Assembly (NCBI GenBank): GCA_045119135.1 | Contig: JBGVCY010000114.1 | Location: 1 to 38,370, forward strand | Source of the DNA: Eubacteriales bacterium | GTDB lineage: Bacteria > Bacillota > Clostridia > Oscillospirales > CAG-272 | Length of the DNA stretch: 38,370 bases | Direction of reading: 5' to 3' | Shown here: in pieces, positions 18,877-27,577 of the stretch | Numbering within the stretch: the stretch's first letter is position 1 | How the letters are laid out: each line of letters starts with the position of its first letter | The notes under the pieces: model-generated | Told to the model about the DNA's origin: nothing | The model's database searches: none | The model's input: the letters and a program-made list of their open reading frames with translations, nothing else | Translations under genes and position numbers: made by a program

Positions 18877-18905
18877 ATTATAGCATAAATGCTATACCTT
18901 GTCAA
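18877..18905 (-). promoter_or_regulatory. sigma-A promoter of the four-gene cassette with an embedded palindrome
   Basis: Perfect TTGACA-N17-TATAAT with extended TG; TATAGCAT-AA-ATGCTATA at 18879-18896. Confidence 0.85.
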
Positions 18906-18940
18906 CGCAAAACGTCGGGTTTCGTCGTTTCGACTATAAT

Positions 18941-19279
18941 TTATCTGTAGTATACGTAGTAAACAATGATGGTACGCACCTTACCGCCGTGCTCAAGATC
19001 GGGCGCGGTGATGATCACGCCGTCCTTTGAGAGCAGCTCCGCCGCCTGACAGTCGGCGATCTTGCAACGCATCAGCACGTCAGCCGAGGCAAAGACCAGC
19101 AGCTCGTCATCGCGGATGTTAAGGCCGCCCGATCTGCCGATCACCTCGTCAACGTTATTGATGCGCTCGGTCACATATTTGACGTGATGACCGCAGATGC
19201 GCTCTGCCATTTCCCTGCGATAGCGGTAGCTTTCGGGGTTTTTGGATGCCGTTAATTTTTTGAACAGCTTGCCAAACAC
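18941..19279 (-). CDS. Hypothetical protein, last gene of the glycogen operon
   Basis: 112-aa ORF; GTG directly follows the GH13 stop (TAA-GTG); host-like codon usage. Confidence 0.75.
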   Translation of the reverse strand: MFGKLFKKLTASKNPESYRYRREMAERICGHHVKYVTERINNVDEVIGRSGGLNIRDDELLVFASADVLMRCKIADCQAAELLSKDGVIITAPDLEHGGKVRTIIVYYVYYR

Positions 19280-21175
19280 TTATCTCACTCTCCAAATCTT
19301 CACTTCGTCGGGCGCCACACGCACCGTGCCGCGCTCGTGCTTGCCGTCAAGCAAGCTTTCTGCCGCACGGGGCAACATCAGCGTGAAGGGCGCATCCCCC
19401 CTGTTGGCGGCAACGATCAGGTGACCCAGCTCATTCTTGCGCTCGAAGGCAAGCGCGCGCTCACTCTCGGCAAGAATCTTGAAATCGCCCGCGGCAAGCA
19501 CGGGGTTTTCGGCTCGGATCGCGCCAAGCTTGCGGTAATGTGCAAGGATCTCCGCATCCTCTTTTCCCCACGGGAAGGGACGGCGGCAGAAGGGATCGTG
19601 ATAGCCTTCAAGTCCTGCCTCGTCACCATAAAAGACAGACGGTATGCCAAACGCCGTGAATTGCAGGGCGGATGCCATCATCAGTCGCTTCTTGGCAAGC
19701 GCGCGCTCCGCGCTATCAAGGCGTGCCACGCGCAGCTCGGCATTGGTGCGGCTGCCATCGTCGGGCGCGCCGCCAAGCACGGTAAGAATGCGCTCGGTAT
19801 CATGAGTGGAAAGCAGGTTCATCAGCGCGTGACAGACCTCGGTGGGGTAGGATCCCCACAGCTCGCGCAGTGCGGCGCAAAGAGCGCCTGCATCGCCGTC
19901 ATTTACAAAAGAAATGATACCCCGTCGCAAGGGATAATTCATCACACCGTCCAGCTGTCTGCCGCGGAAATAGCGGCGGCGCTTGCCGTATGCGATCTTA
20001 TCGGCGGCGTTTTCCCACACCTCGCCAAGGATCACGCCCTTACCATCGGTGGCGTTTCGCACGCGATAGCAAAGCTCGTCAAGAAAGGAATCGGGCAGCT
20101 CGTCGGCGACATCAAGTCGCCACGCATCCACGCCCATACGGGTGTATTGATCAATCACGCCACCCTCGCCCACGAAGTAGCGATGCACCTCGGGGTTGGC
20201 AAGGCAGAGCTTGGGCAGGATCTTGATATCCCACCAGCACTCGTAGGAATCGGGAAATTTCTTAAAATAGAACCAATCGTGGTAAGGGGAATCTATGGAT
20301 TGATAAGCACCCGTGGTGGGATATTTTCCAAATTGATTGAAGTATTTGCTGTCACTGCCCGTGTGATTGAAAACGCCATCCAGCATCACGCCGATGTTGC
20401 GCTCTTTACACGCGGCAAGCAGTGCCGCCAAGCCTTCTTTTCCGCCAAACTGCGGATCGACCTCGTCATAATCGCCCGTATCGTACTTATGATTCGATGC
20501 CGCGCGGAAGATCGGGCTTAAATAGATCACACCGACGCCAAGCGACTGCAGGTAATCCAGCTTGTCAATAATTCCCCACAACGTACCGCCAAAAAACTCG
20601 TCATTGGCGACAGGTGCGCCGGGATATGCGCCAAACTGTTCGATCTCTTCATCCCACGTTTCGTGGTAAACGGCATCGGCGCGCCTTTCGCCCTTTCCGG
20701 GGGCGAAGCGATCCACAAAGATATGATACATCGTGCGACCTTGGAACCAAGCGGGAGTTTTGATATCCCGTTCGGTGACCAACAGGCGGAATCTGCCCGC
20801 AGGATGTGCATTCAGCGTGAAGGTGACGTTATCGCGGGTGTCGGTAAACAGCGTATCAGCACCGCGCAGGAAAAGATATTCATAATAAAAAAGCCCGCCT
20901 GTTTCCTCTTTACACAGCTCGGAAAGAACAAGCGAAATGCGATAGACATCCACCCCTTTGGCGGTGGACACAAATTGCAGGGGGTAGTCGTGATCCGCAC
21001 CGCCGTCTGCCGCAAGGCGCAGAAGAACGCCCGCCGCACCGAGGGTGCGCGGGACACGGATCGATATGTTGAGGGTGTCGGTGACCGAAAATGCACCCCG
21101 TGTGGAGACATCTCTGCCACCCACCGTCTTAATGACGGCGGGCAGCAGAGTGTTGTTTTGTTGTTTTGGCAGCAT
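19280..21175 (-). CDS. GH13 neopullulanase/cyclomaltodextrinase/amylopullulanase-like glycosidase
   Basis: YHIFVDRF, FFGGTL.GI..KLDYL, SNHKYDT.DY, DGVFNH, WRLDVADE, GEVW, STHDTER; TAATG overlap with glgP. Confidence 0.93.
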   Translation of the reverse strand: MLPKQQNNTLLPAVIKTVGGRDVSTRGAFSVTDTLNISIRVPRTLGAAGVLLRLAADGGADHDYPLQFVSTAKGVDVYRISLVLSELCKEETGGLFYYEYLFLRGADTLFTDTRDNVTFTLNAHPAGRFRLLVTERDIKTPAWFQGRTMYHIFVDRFAPGKGERRADAVYHETWDEEIEQFGAYPGAPVANDEFFGGTLWGIIDKLDYLQSLGVGVIYLSPIFRAASNHKYDTGDYDEVDPQFGGKEGLAALLAACKERNIGVMLDGVFNHTGSDSKYFNQFGKYPTTGAYQSIDSPYHDWFYFKKFPDSYECWWDIKILPKLCLANPEVHRYFVGEGGVIDQYTRMGVDAWRLDVADELPDSFLDELCYRVRNATDGKGVILGEVWENAADKIAYGKRRRYFRGRQLDGVMNYPLRRGIISFVNDGDAGALCAALRELWGSYPTEVCHALMNLLSTHDTERILTVLGGAPDDGSRTNAELRVARLDSAERALAKKRLMMASALQFTAFGIPSVFYGDEAGLEGYHDPFCRRPFPWGKEDAEILAHYRKLGAIRAENPVLAAGDFKILAESERALAFERKNELGHLIVAANRGDAPFTLMLPRAAESLLDGKHERGTVRVAPDEVKIWRVR

Positions 21176-23607
21176 TATTTCACACCCGTAAGACGGCGGA
21201 TTTTCCAGATACGGTCAGCGTATTCGCGGATGCTGCGGTCAGCGGCAAAGTGACCTGCTGCCGCAATATTGTGAAGCGACATACGGTTCCAGCGCTCGCG
21301 GTCGGCATACACCTTCAGCGCATCCTGATGTGCCTGGCGGTAGGATTCAAAGTCTGCAAGGCAGAGGTAAGGATCGGCAAAGCCGTTACCCGACAAGAGG
21401 TAGTTGGCAATATCGCCGAAGGACTCGCCTGCGAAGCCCGTGTGCAGATAGTTGACAATGCGTGCAAGGCGCTCGTTCGAGGTGTAGTACAGTGCCGAAC
21501 GGTAGCCCTTGGCAAGCAGATCCTGCACCTCAGGTGCAGTAAGACCGAAAATGAACATATTTTCGGGACCGGTTGCTTCCTGCATTTCGACGTTTGCGCC
21601 GTCCAACGTACCGATGGTCAACGCGCCGTTGATCATCAGCTTCATGCAACCCGTACCGCTGGCTTCCTTGCCTGCCATCGAAATCTGCTCGCTGATCTCG
21701 GCAGCAGGAATCAGGGTCTCTGCCATCGTAACGTTATAGTTTTCAACAAAGATGAGGCGCAGCTTTTCTGCGATCTGCGGATGCTGCTCGATATCGCGCT
21801 CGATCATGCAAAGCAGCTTGATGATGCGCTTTGCCATATCGTAGCCGGGAGCCGCCTTTGCACCGAAGATGAAGGTCTGGGGCTGAATATCCAGATTGGG
21901 ATTTTCCTTCAGATCCAGGTAAAGACCGATCACGTGCAGGGCGTTCAGCAGCTGGCGCTTATACTCGTGCAGACGCTTGATCTGCACATCAAAGAGCGAG
22001 GTGGGATCGATGTGCTTACCCGTCTTCTGATGGTAAAGATCAGCGAAGCGCACCTTGTTCTGATACTTGATCTTCTCCAGGCGCTCCAGCACCGCCTTAT
22101 CATCGGCAAACTTGGCAAAGTCAGCAAGCTTTTCGGGCTCCTTACGGTAAGAGGTGCCGATGCACTCGTCAAGCAGACCTGCCAATGCAGGGTTGGAGTA
22201 TACCAGCCAACGGCGGTGTGCAATGCCGTTGGTTACATTGTCGAAGCGATCGGGATACATACGGTAGAAATCGCGGAACACGGTATCCTTCAGAATGTCG
22301 GAGTGCAGTCTCGACACACCGTTGACGGCGTGAGAGGCAATGACCGAAAGGTTTGCCATACGCACTCTGCCATTGGCGATCACGCTCATATTCGAGATGC
22401 GATCCCACTGACCGGGGTAGAAATTCCATGCCTCACGGCAGAAGCGCTCGTTGATCTCCTTGAGGATCTGATAGATACGGGGCAGACGGAGAGCGAAAAG
22501 ATCCTCGCTCCAGGTCTCAAGTGCCTCGGGCAGAACCGTATGGTTGGTATAGGAAACCGTACGGGTCACGATGCTCCACGCATCGTCCCAAGAGAAGTGA
22601 TAGTCGTCAATCAGGATACGCACCAGCTCGGGCACGCACATAGCAGGGTGGGTATCGTTGATGTGGATCGCCACCTTGTCGGGCAGATTGTCAAGTCTGC
22701 CGTAAACCGCCATATGGTCACGGATGATGCTCTGGCAGGATGCCGACACCAGGAAGTACTGCTGCGACAGGCGTAGCGTCTTACCCTCGGAATGGTTATC
22801 CGAAGGATACAGTACCTTGGTAATGATCTCGGCGTTGGTCTGCTCTTCCAGGGCGGCAGTATACTGACCCTGCGAAAAAAGACCCATATTAAAGTTCTGC
22901 GTGCTGCGTGCGCGCCACAGGCGAAGCTGGGAAACAGCATCGCTGTCAGCGCCCGAGATCATCATATCGTAAGGAACGGCTTCCATATCCTCGCCGCCCT
23001 CGTAAATGATCTCCAGGTGTCCGTCGCGCCACTCCTCACGCACGCGACCGCCCATATGCACCTTGTAAATGCGGTCGGTACGCGGTACCAGCCACACCTC
23101 GCCACCGGGCAGCCATACATCGGGCAGCTCGATCTGCATACCGTCAACAATCATCTGCTTGAACAGACCGTAGTCATAGCAGATCGAGAAGCCGGTTGCA
23201 GGGTAATCAAGAGACGAAAGCGAATCCATAAAGCAGGCGGCAAGACGGCCAAGACCGCCGTTGCCAAGGCCTGCATCGGGCTCACACTCGTAAATATCCT
23301 CCAGCTCAAAGCCCAGCGCAGCAAGCGCCTTACGGTATTCCTCCTGCAAGCCAAGGTTGCAAAGATTGGTTTTGAGAGATCTGCCGAGCAGGAATTCCAT
23401 GCACATATAATACACGCGCTTGGATTCGGTGCGATTGACCTTTTTCTTAAATTGTCCGCGCTTCTCGGTCAAGATCTCTTTGACGGTCATCGCCGCGGCC
23501 TTATAGACCTGATCGCGCGATGCCTCCTTGGGGGTGCAGCCGAAATGACGGGAAAGCTTTTCTTCAATGCCTGCGCGCACCTCGCGTGCGCTGGGTTGGT
23601 AGTTCAT
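21175..23607 (-). CDS. glgP: Glycogen/starch phosphorylase
   Basis: GLGNGGLGRLAACF, NDTHP, YTNHTVLPEALE, QIKRLHEYKRQ, EASGTGCMK PLP-lysine motif. Confidence 0.97.
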   Translation of the reverse strand: MNYQPSAREVRAGIEEKLSRHFGCTPKEASRDQVYKAAAMTVKEILTEKRGQFKKKVNRTESKRVYYMCMEFLLGRSLKTNLCNLGLQEEYRKALAALGFELEDIYECEPDAGLGNGGLGRLAACFMDSLSSLDYPATGFSICYDYGLFKQMIVDGMQIELPDVWLPGGEVWLVPRTDRIYKVHMGGRVREEWRDGHLEIIYEGGEDMEAVPYDMMISGADSDAVSQLRLWRARSTQNFNMGLFSQGQYTAALEEQTNAEIITKVLYPSDNHSEGKTLRLSQQYFLVSASCQSIIRDHMAVYGRLDNLPDKVAIHINDTHPAMCVPELVRILIDDYHFSWDDAWSIVTRTVSYTNHTVLPEALETWSEDLFALRLPRIYQILKEINERFCREAWNFYPGQWDRISNMSVIANGRVRMANLSVIASHAVNGVSRLHSDILKDTVFRDFYRMYPDRFDNVTNGIAHRRWLVYSNPALAGLLDECIGTSYRKEPEKLADFAKFADDKAVLERLEKIKYQNKVRFADLYHQKTGKHIDPTSLFDVQIKRLHEYKRQLLNALHVIGLYLDLKENPNLDIQPQTFIFGAKAAPGYDMAKRIIKLLCMIERDIEQHPQIAEKLRLIFVENYNVTMAETLIPAAEISEQISMAGKEASGTGCMKLMINGALTIGTLDGANVEMQEATGPENMFIFGLTAPEVQDLLAKGYRSALYYTSNERLARIVNYLHTGFAGESFGDIANYLLSGNGFADPYLCLADFESYRQAHQDALKVYADRERWNRMSLHNIAAAGHFAADRSIREYADRIWKIRRLTGVK

Positions 23608-23641
23608 AAATATCCTCCGAAAATTGGTTTACTAATAAATA

Positions 23642-25078
23642 TTATGTCAGGTCACCGTACATACGGTCATAGCCAAGTGCCGATTGCTTCCAAGAGAAAT
23701 CGGTAGACATGATCTTGGCGATCAGCTTGTCGCGCTTTGCCTCGTTGCGCCACAGAGCAATAGCGGCTCTGGTACGCTCGGCAAGCTCGGCGGGGTCATA
23801 GTTGGCAAAGGTAAAGCCGTTGCCCATCACCTTACCATCCTTTTCCCAATAGCCCTTGATGGAATCGTAAAGGCCGCCGGTCTCGCGCACCACGGGAATT
23901 GCACCGTAGCGCGAGGCGATCATCTGCGACAGGCCGCAGGGCTCGCTCTTCGAGGGCATCAGGAAGATGTCACAAGCGGCGTAGATCTGCTTGGCAAGGT
24001 CGCGGTCGTACTTCAGCAGCACGCACACCTTCTCTGGGAAGGCGGCTGCAAGCTCGGCAAAGAACCTTTCATAACGCTCGTCACCGCGCCCCAGCACCAC
24101 CAGCTGCACATCCTCTTCGGCAAGCAGCTGCCAGACCATATTCGAAATCAGGTCAAGACCCTTGTGTGCCACAAGACGGGAGATCACGGCAAGCAGAGGT
24201 ACATCACTGCGAAGGGGCAAGCCGCAAGCCGCCTGCAGAGCGGTTTTGTTGGCTGCCTTGCGATCTCTGGTGCGGGGACCGAACTTGGATGCAATTACTT
24301 TGTCCTTTGCAGGGTTGTAATATACGTAATCGATGCCGTTCAGAATGCCCGACAGCTTGCCGCGTGCATCACGCAGGATGGGGTCAAGACCGTGTGCATA
24401 TTCGGGGCTGCAGATCTCCTCGGCATAACGGGGGCTGACGGTGGTCACGCGGTCGGCAGTAACGATCGCACCCTTCATCAGGTTGATGCAACCGCCAAAG
24501 TCCATACGTGCCGCCTCGTCTGCGCCAAGCGAGAAGACGTCACCGAGAATGGCAAAGGAATATTTGCCCTGATATTCGATGTTGTGAATGGTAAATACCG
24601 TACGGATGTCACCGTAGCCGGGACGGGTACGGTAAACGGCATCCAGATACACCACCGAAAGCGCCGCCTGCCAATCGTGGGCGTGCAGCACGTCGGGATA
24701 GAAATCAAGATGCGAAAGTGCTTCCATAGCCGCCATGCAGAAGAAGGCATAGCGCTCGCCGTCGTCATACTCTCCGTACAGCGCACCGCGCTTGAAGTAG
24801 TATTCGTTATCGATAAAGTAATAGGTAACGCCATCACGTACCAACGATTTCACGCCACAGTACAGCTTACGCCATGCAAGATGCACGGTAAAGACAGCCT
24901 CCTCCTTCATCTGGGCGCGCCACGTATCCGAGATTTGACCGTAAAGGGGCATCATGACACGTACGTCGGTATCGGGCAGAGCCGCCAGCGCCGCGGGCAG
25001 AGAGCCAAGTACATCGCCAAGACCGCCCGTGGCGGCAAAGGGCATTGCTTCAGCGCCGACAAACAGAATTTTTTTCAT
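23642..25078 (-). CDS. glgA: Glycogen synthase
   Basis: TGGLGDV, HAHDWQ, FTIHNIEYQG, GILNGID, SRLVAHKG, MPSKSEPCGLSQM, RETGGL; start at MKKIL after AAGGAG. Confidence 0.96.
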   Translation of the reverse strand: MKKILFVGAEAMPFAATGGLGDVLGSLPAALAALPDTDVRVMMPLYGQISDTWRAQMKEEAVFTVHLAWRKLYCGVKSLVRDGVTYYFIDNEYYFKRGALYGEYDDGERYAFFCMAAMEALSHLDFYPDVLHAHDWQAALSVVYLDAVYRTRPGYGDIRTVFTIHNIEYQGKYSFAILGDVFSLGADEAARMDFGGCINLMKGAIVTADRVTTVSPRYAEEICSPEYAHGLDPILRDARGKLSGILNGIDYVYYNPAKDKVIASKFGPRTRDRKAANKTALQAACGLPLRSDVPLLAVISRLVAHKGLDLISNMVWQLLAEEDVQLVVLGRGDERYERFFAELAAAFPEKVCVLLKYDRDLAKQIYAACDIFLMPSKSEPCGLSQMIASRYGAIPVVRETGGLYDSIKGYWEKDGKVMGNGFTFANYDPAELAERTRAAIALWRNEAKRDKLIAKIMSTDFSWKQSALGYDRMYGDLT

Positions 25079-25114
25079 AGAGTTCTCCTTGTATTTTGCG
25101 ATATTGAAAAGATA

Positions 25115-25146
25115 CATCCCGCCTTTGTTTTCGCAAAGGCGGGGTG
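25115..25146 (-). terminator. Intra-operon hairpin between glgD and glgA
   Basis: CACCCCGCCTTTG-CGAAAA-CAAAGGCGGGATG then TATCTTTT; could be a partial terminator or an mRNA-stabilising stem. Confidence 0.55.
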
Positions 25147-25154
25147 CCTTAGAA

Positions 25155-26288
25155 TCAAACCGTCATACCCTTTCCGATATAGAAGGGCAGCGTTTCGTGA
25201 CCGCACAGCTCACGGTCATTGCGGATCACTACGTCCTTATCGGTGATCACACAGCCAAGACGGACGTTCTCGCCCGTAAAGGTATCCTGCATCAGAATCG
25301 AATTCTTGACCACCGTTCCCTTGCCAATGTGTACGCCGCGGAACAGGATCGAGTTTTCGACCTCGCCCTCGATCACGCAGCCGTCTGCGATCAGCGAATT
25401 CTTGACCTTCGCCGTGGGCAGGTAGCGGGTGGGAACCGAGTTGCGGATCTTGGTGAAGATGGTCTGGTTGCGGCGATAGAAAAGGCTTTCGCGTGCCGCA
25501 GGCTCCAGCAGCTTCATCGAGCAACGGAAGTAGCTTTCGATCGAATTGACACGGGCAAAGAAGCCGTCGTAATTGCAAACGAAGAATCTGGCGTTGCCGA
25601 GATTGCGGTAGATGATATCCTTATAGAAGCTGGTCTGTCCGCGCGTGATGGCTTCGCTTACCACACGCTGCAGATACGAGCGGCGCACCACAAAGATGTC
25701 GGTGCAGACCTGCACCTTACCGGTTTGACCGTCATATTCGGTGATATCAAGCAGCTTACCGTCGGCATCTGCCACAGGCACTTCTGCGTTTGCATCCAGC
25801 GCCTGCACGTCGGTATCAACCGTAGCTGTGATCAAGGTGATATCGGCATTGTTTTTCTCGTGCTTCTTGATAACAGAGGCAAGATCAACGTTGCAGATCA
25901 CGTCGCAGTCCGACAGCACCAGCAGCTCCTCGGTACAGCGGTCGATGAAGTTCATCACGCCCATCAACGCCTCAAGACGGGTGGAATACACCTTGTTTGC
26001 CGTAGCATTGTCATAGGCGGTGATGAAGGGGGGCAGGATCTTGATACCGCCGTGGCGGCGGGCAAGATCCCAGTCCTTGCCGTTGCCGAGATGGTCAAGC
26101 AAGGATTGATAGTTGTAATGGGTGATAACACCAACCTTGGTGATACCCGAGTTTACCATATTGGAAAGTGCAAAGTCAATCAGGCGATAGCGTCCGCCAA
26201 AGGGGATGCTTGCCATGGTGCGACGTGCCGTCAATTCGGGGATAGCCGCATCGTGAATGTTCGAGAAAATAAGTCCTGCTGCCTTCAT
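25155..26288 (-). CDS. glgD: ADP-glucose pyrophosphorylase subunit GlgD
   Basis: ELT..RTMASIPFGGRYRLIDF.LSNMVNSG, SLLDHLGNGKDWDL; hexapeptide C-terminus. Confidence 0.95.
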   Translation of the reverse strand: MKAAGLIFSNIHDAAIPELTARRTMASIPFGGRYRLIDFALSNMVNSGITKVGVITHYNYQSLLDHLGNGKDWDLARRHGGIKILPPFITAYDNATANKVYSTRLEALMGVMNFIDRCTEELLVLSDCDVICNVDLASVIKKHEKNNADITLITATVDTDVQALDANAEVPVADADGKLLDITEYDGQTGKVQVCTDIFVVRRSYLQRVVSEAITRGQTSFYKDIIYRNLGNARFFVCNYDGFFARVNSIESYFRCSMKLLEPAARESLFYRRNQTIFTKIRNSVPTRYLPTAKVKNSLIADGCVIEGEVENSILFRGVHIGKGTVVKNSILMQDTFTGENVRLGCVITDKDVVIRNDRELCGHETLPFYIGKGMTV

Positions 26289-26305
26289 ATTCTTCCCCTC
26301 CTTTT

Positions 26306-27487
26306 TTATTGCGGCAGGATCGCGCCGTCCGCGACCACTGCATTGTCGTCGACCACAGTTCCCTCGCCGATCACGGCGATGCCTGCGGCATCCTTGCGCG
26401 CCTTGCCGACGCGGGCGTTCTTGCCGATCTTAACATCACAGTCGATGATTGAGTAACGCACCTCAGAGCCCTCTCCGATGACGCAATCGCCCATCAGAAC
26501 GGCATCCTCTACCACGGCGCCGGGCATGACGCGAACGTTGGCGCCCAGCACGCTGTTGCGTACCGTGCCGTAAATTTCACAGCCCTCGGTGATCGAGGAG
26601 TTTTCAACCAGACCGTCGGGACCGACGAACTGGGGCGTGGTGTTTTCGTGACGGGAAAGCACGCGCCAGCCGTTTTTCGCAAGGGTCAGCGCGGGGCGCT
26701 CACCCAGCAGGTCCATGTTCGCTTCCCAGAGCGAATCGATGGTACCCACGTCCTTCCAATATCCCTCGAAGGCGAATGCCATCATTTTTTCACCTGCGGC
26801 AAGCATGGTGGGAATGATGTTCTTACCAAAGTCGTTCGAGGATTTGGGATCCTTGGCATCAGCGGTCAGATAATCGACCAGCTTTTTGCGCTTGAAAATG
26901 TAAATACCCATCGAGGCATTGGTGCTTTCGGGCTTCTTCGGCTTCTCGGCAAAGCGGGTGATGCGACCCGTTTCGTCGGTGGTCAGAATACCGAAGCGGC
27001 TTGCCTCCTTCAGGGGCACATCGATCACGGCAATGGTGCAATCGGCATCGTTTGCCTTGTGATACTCCAGCATTTCGGCATAGTTCATATTATAAATATG
27101 GTCGCCCGACAGGATCAGCACGTGCTCGGCGTCATAACGCTCGATAAAGTTGAGATTCTGATAAATGGCATTTGCCGTACCCTTATACCAGTCAGCGCCC
27201 GACTTGCCCTGATAGGGGGGGAGAATCTTAACACCGCCATAGTTGCGGTCAAGGTCCCAGGGAAGGCCCGTGCCGATGTACTCATTCAGTACCAACGGTT
27301 GATACTGGGTCAATACACCGACGGTGTCAAGGCCCGATTGGACGCAGTTGGAGAGGGGAAAATCGATGATACGGTATTTTCCACCGAATATAACGGCAGG
27401 CTTTGCGGTTTTGGCGGTGAGTACCGAAAGTCGGCTGCCCTGCCCGCCTGCCAGAAGCATAGCGACGCACTCTTTTTTCTTAAACAT
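26306..27487 (-). CDS. glgC: Glucose-1-phosphate adenylyltransferase
   Basis: [59 protein letters not shown]. Confidence 0.97.
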   Translation of the reverse strand: MFKKKECVAMLLAGGQGSRLSVLTAKTAKPAVIFGGKYRIIDFPLSNCVQSGLDTVGVLTQYQPLVLNEYIGTGLPWDLDRNYGGVKILPPYQGKSGADWYKGTANAIYQNLNFIERYDAEHVLILSGDHIYNMNYAEMLEYHKANDADCTIAVIDVPLKEASRFGILTTDETGRITRFAEKPKKPESTNASMGIYIFKRKKLVDYLTADAKDPKSSNDFGKNIIPTMLAAGEKMMAFAFEGYWKDVGTIDSLWEANMDLLGERPALTLAKNGWRVLSRHENTTPQFVGPDGLVENSSITEGCEIYGTVRNSVLGANVRVMPGAVVEDAVLMGDCVIGEGSEVRYSIIDCDVKIGKNARVGKARKDAAGIAVIGEGTVVDDNAVVADGAILPQ

Positions 27488-27577
27488 CTTGTTTCCTCCT
27501 ATCTATAATGTCTAAAAAAGATTCTAAATTGGGGGGATCGCAGAAGCCGCATCGTGCGGAAAAGGGATGTGCGAGGG

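Noticed and set aside
21640-21670. GlgP PLP motif EASGTGCMK (Cys in place of the usual Asn)
   Set aside because: The catalytic lysine is intact; a minor variant with no supportable consequence.
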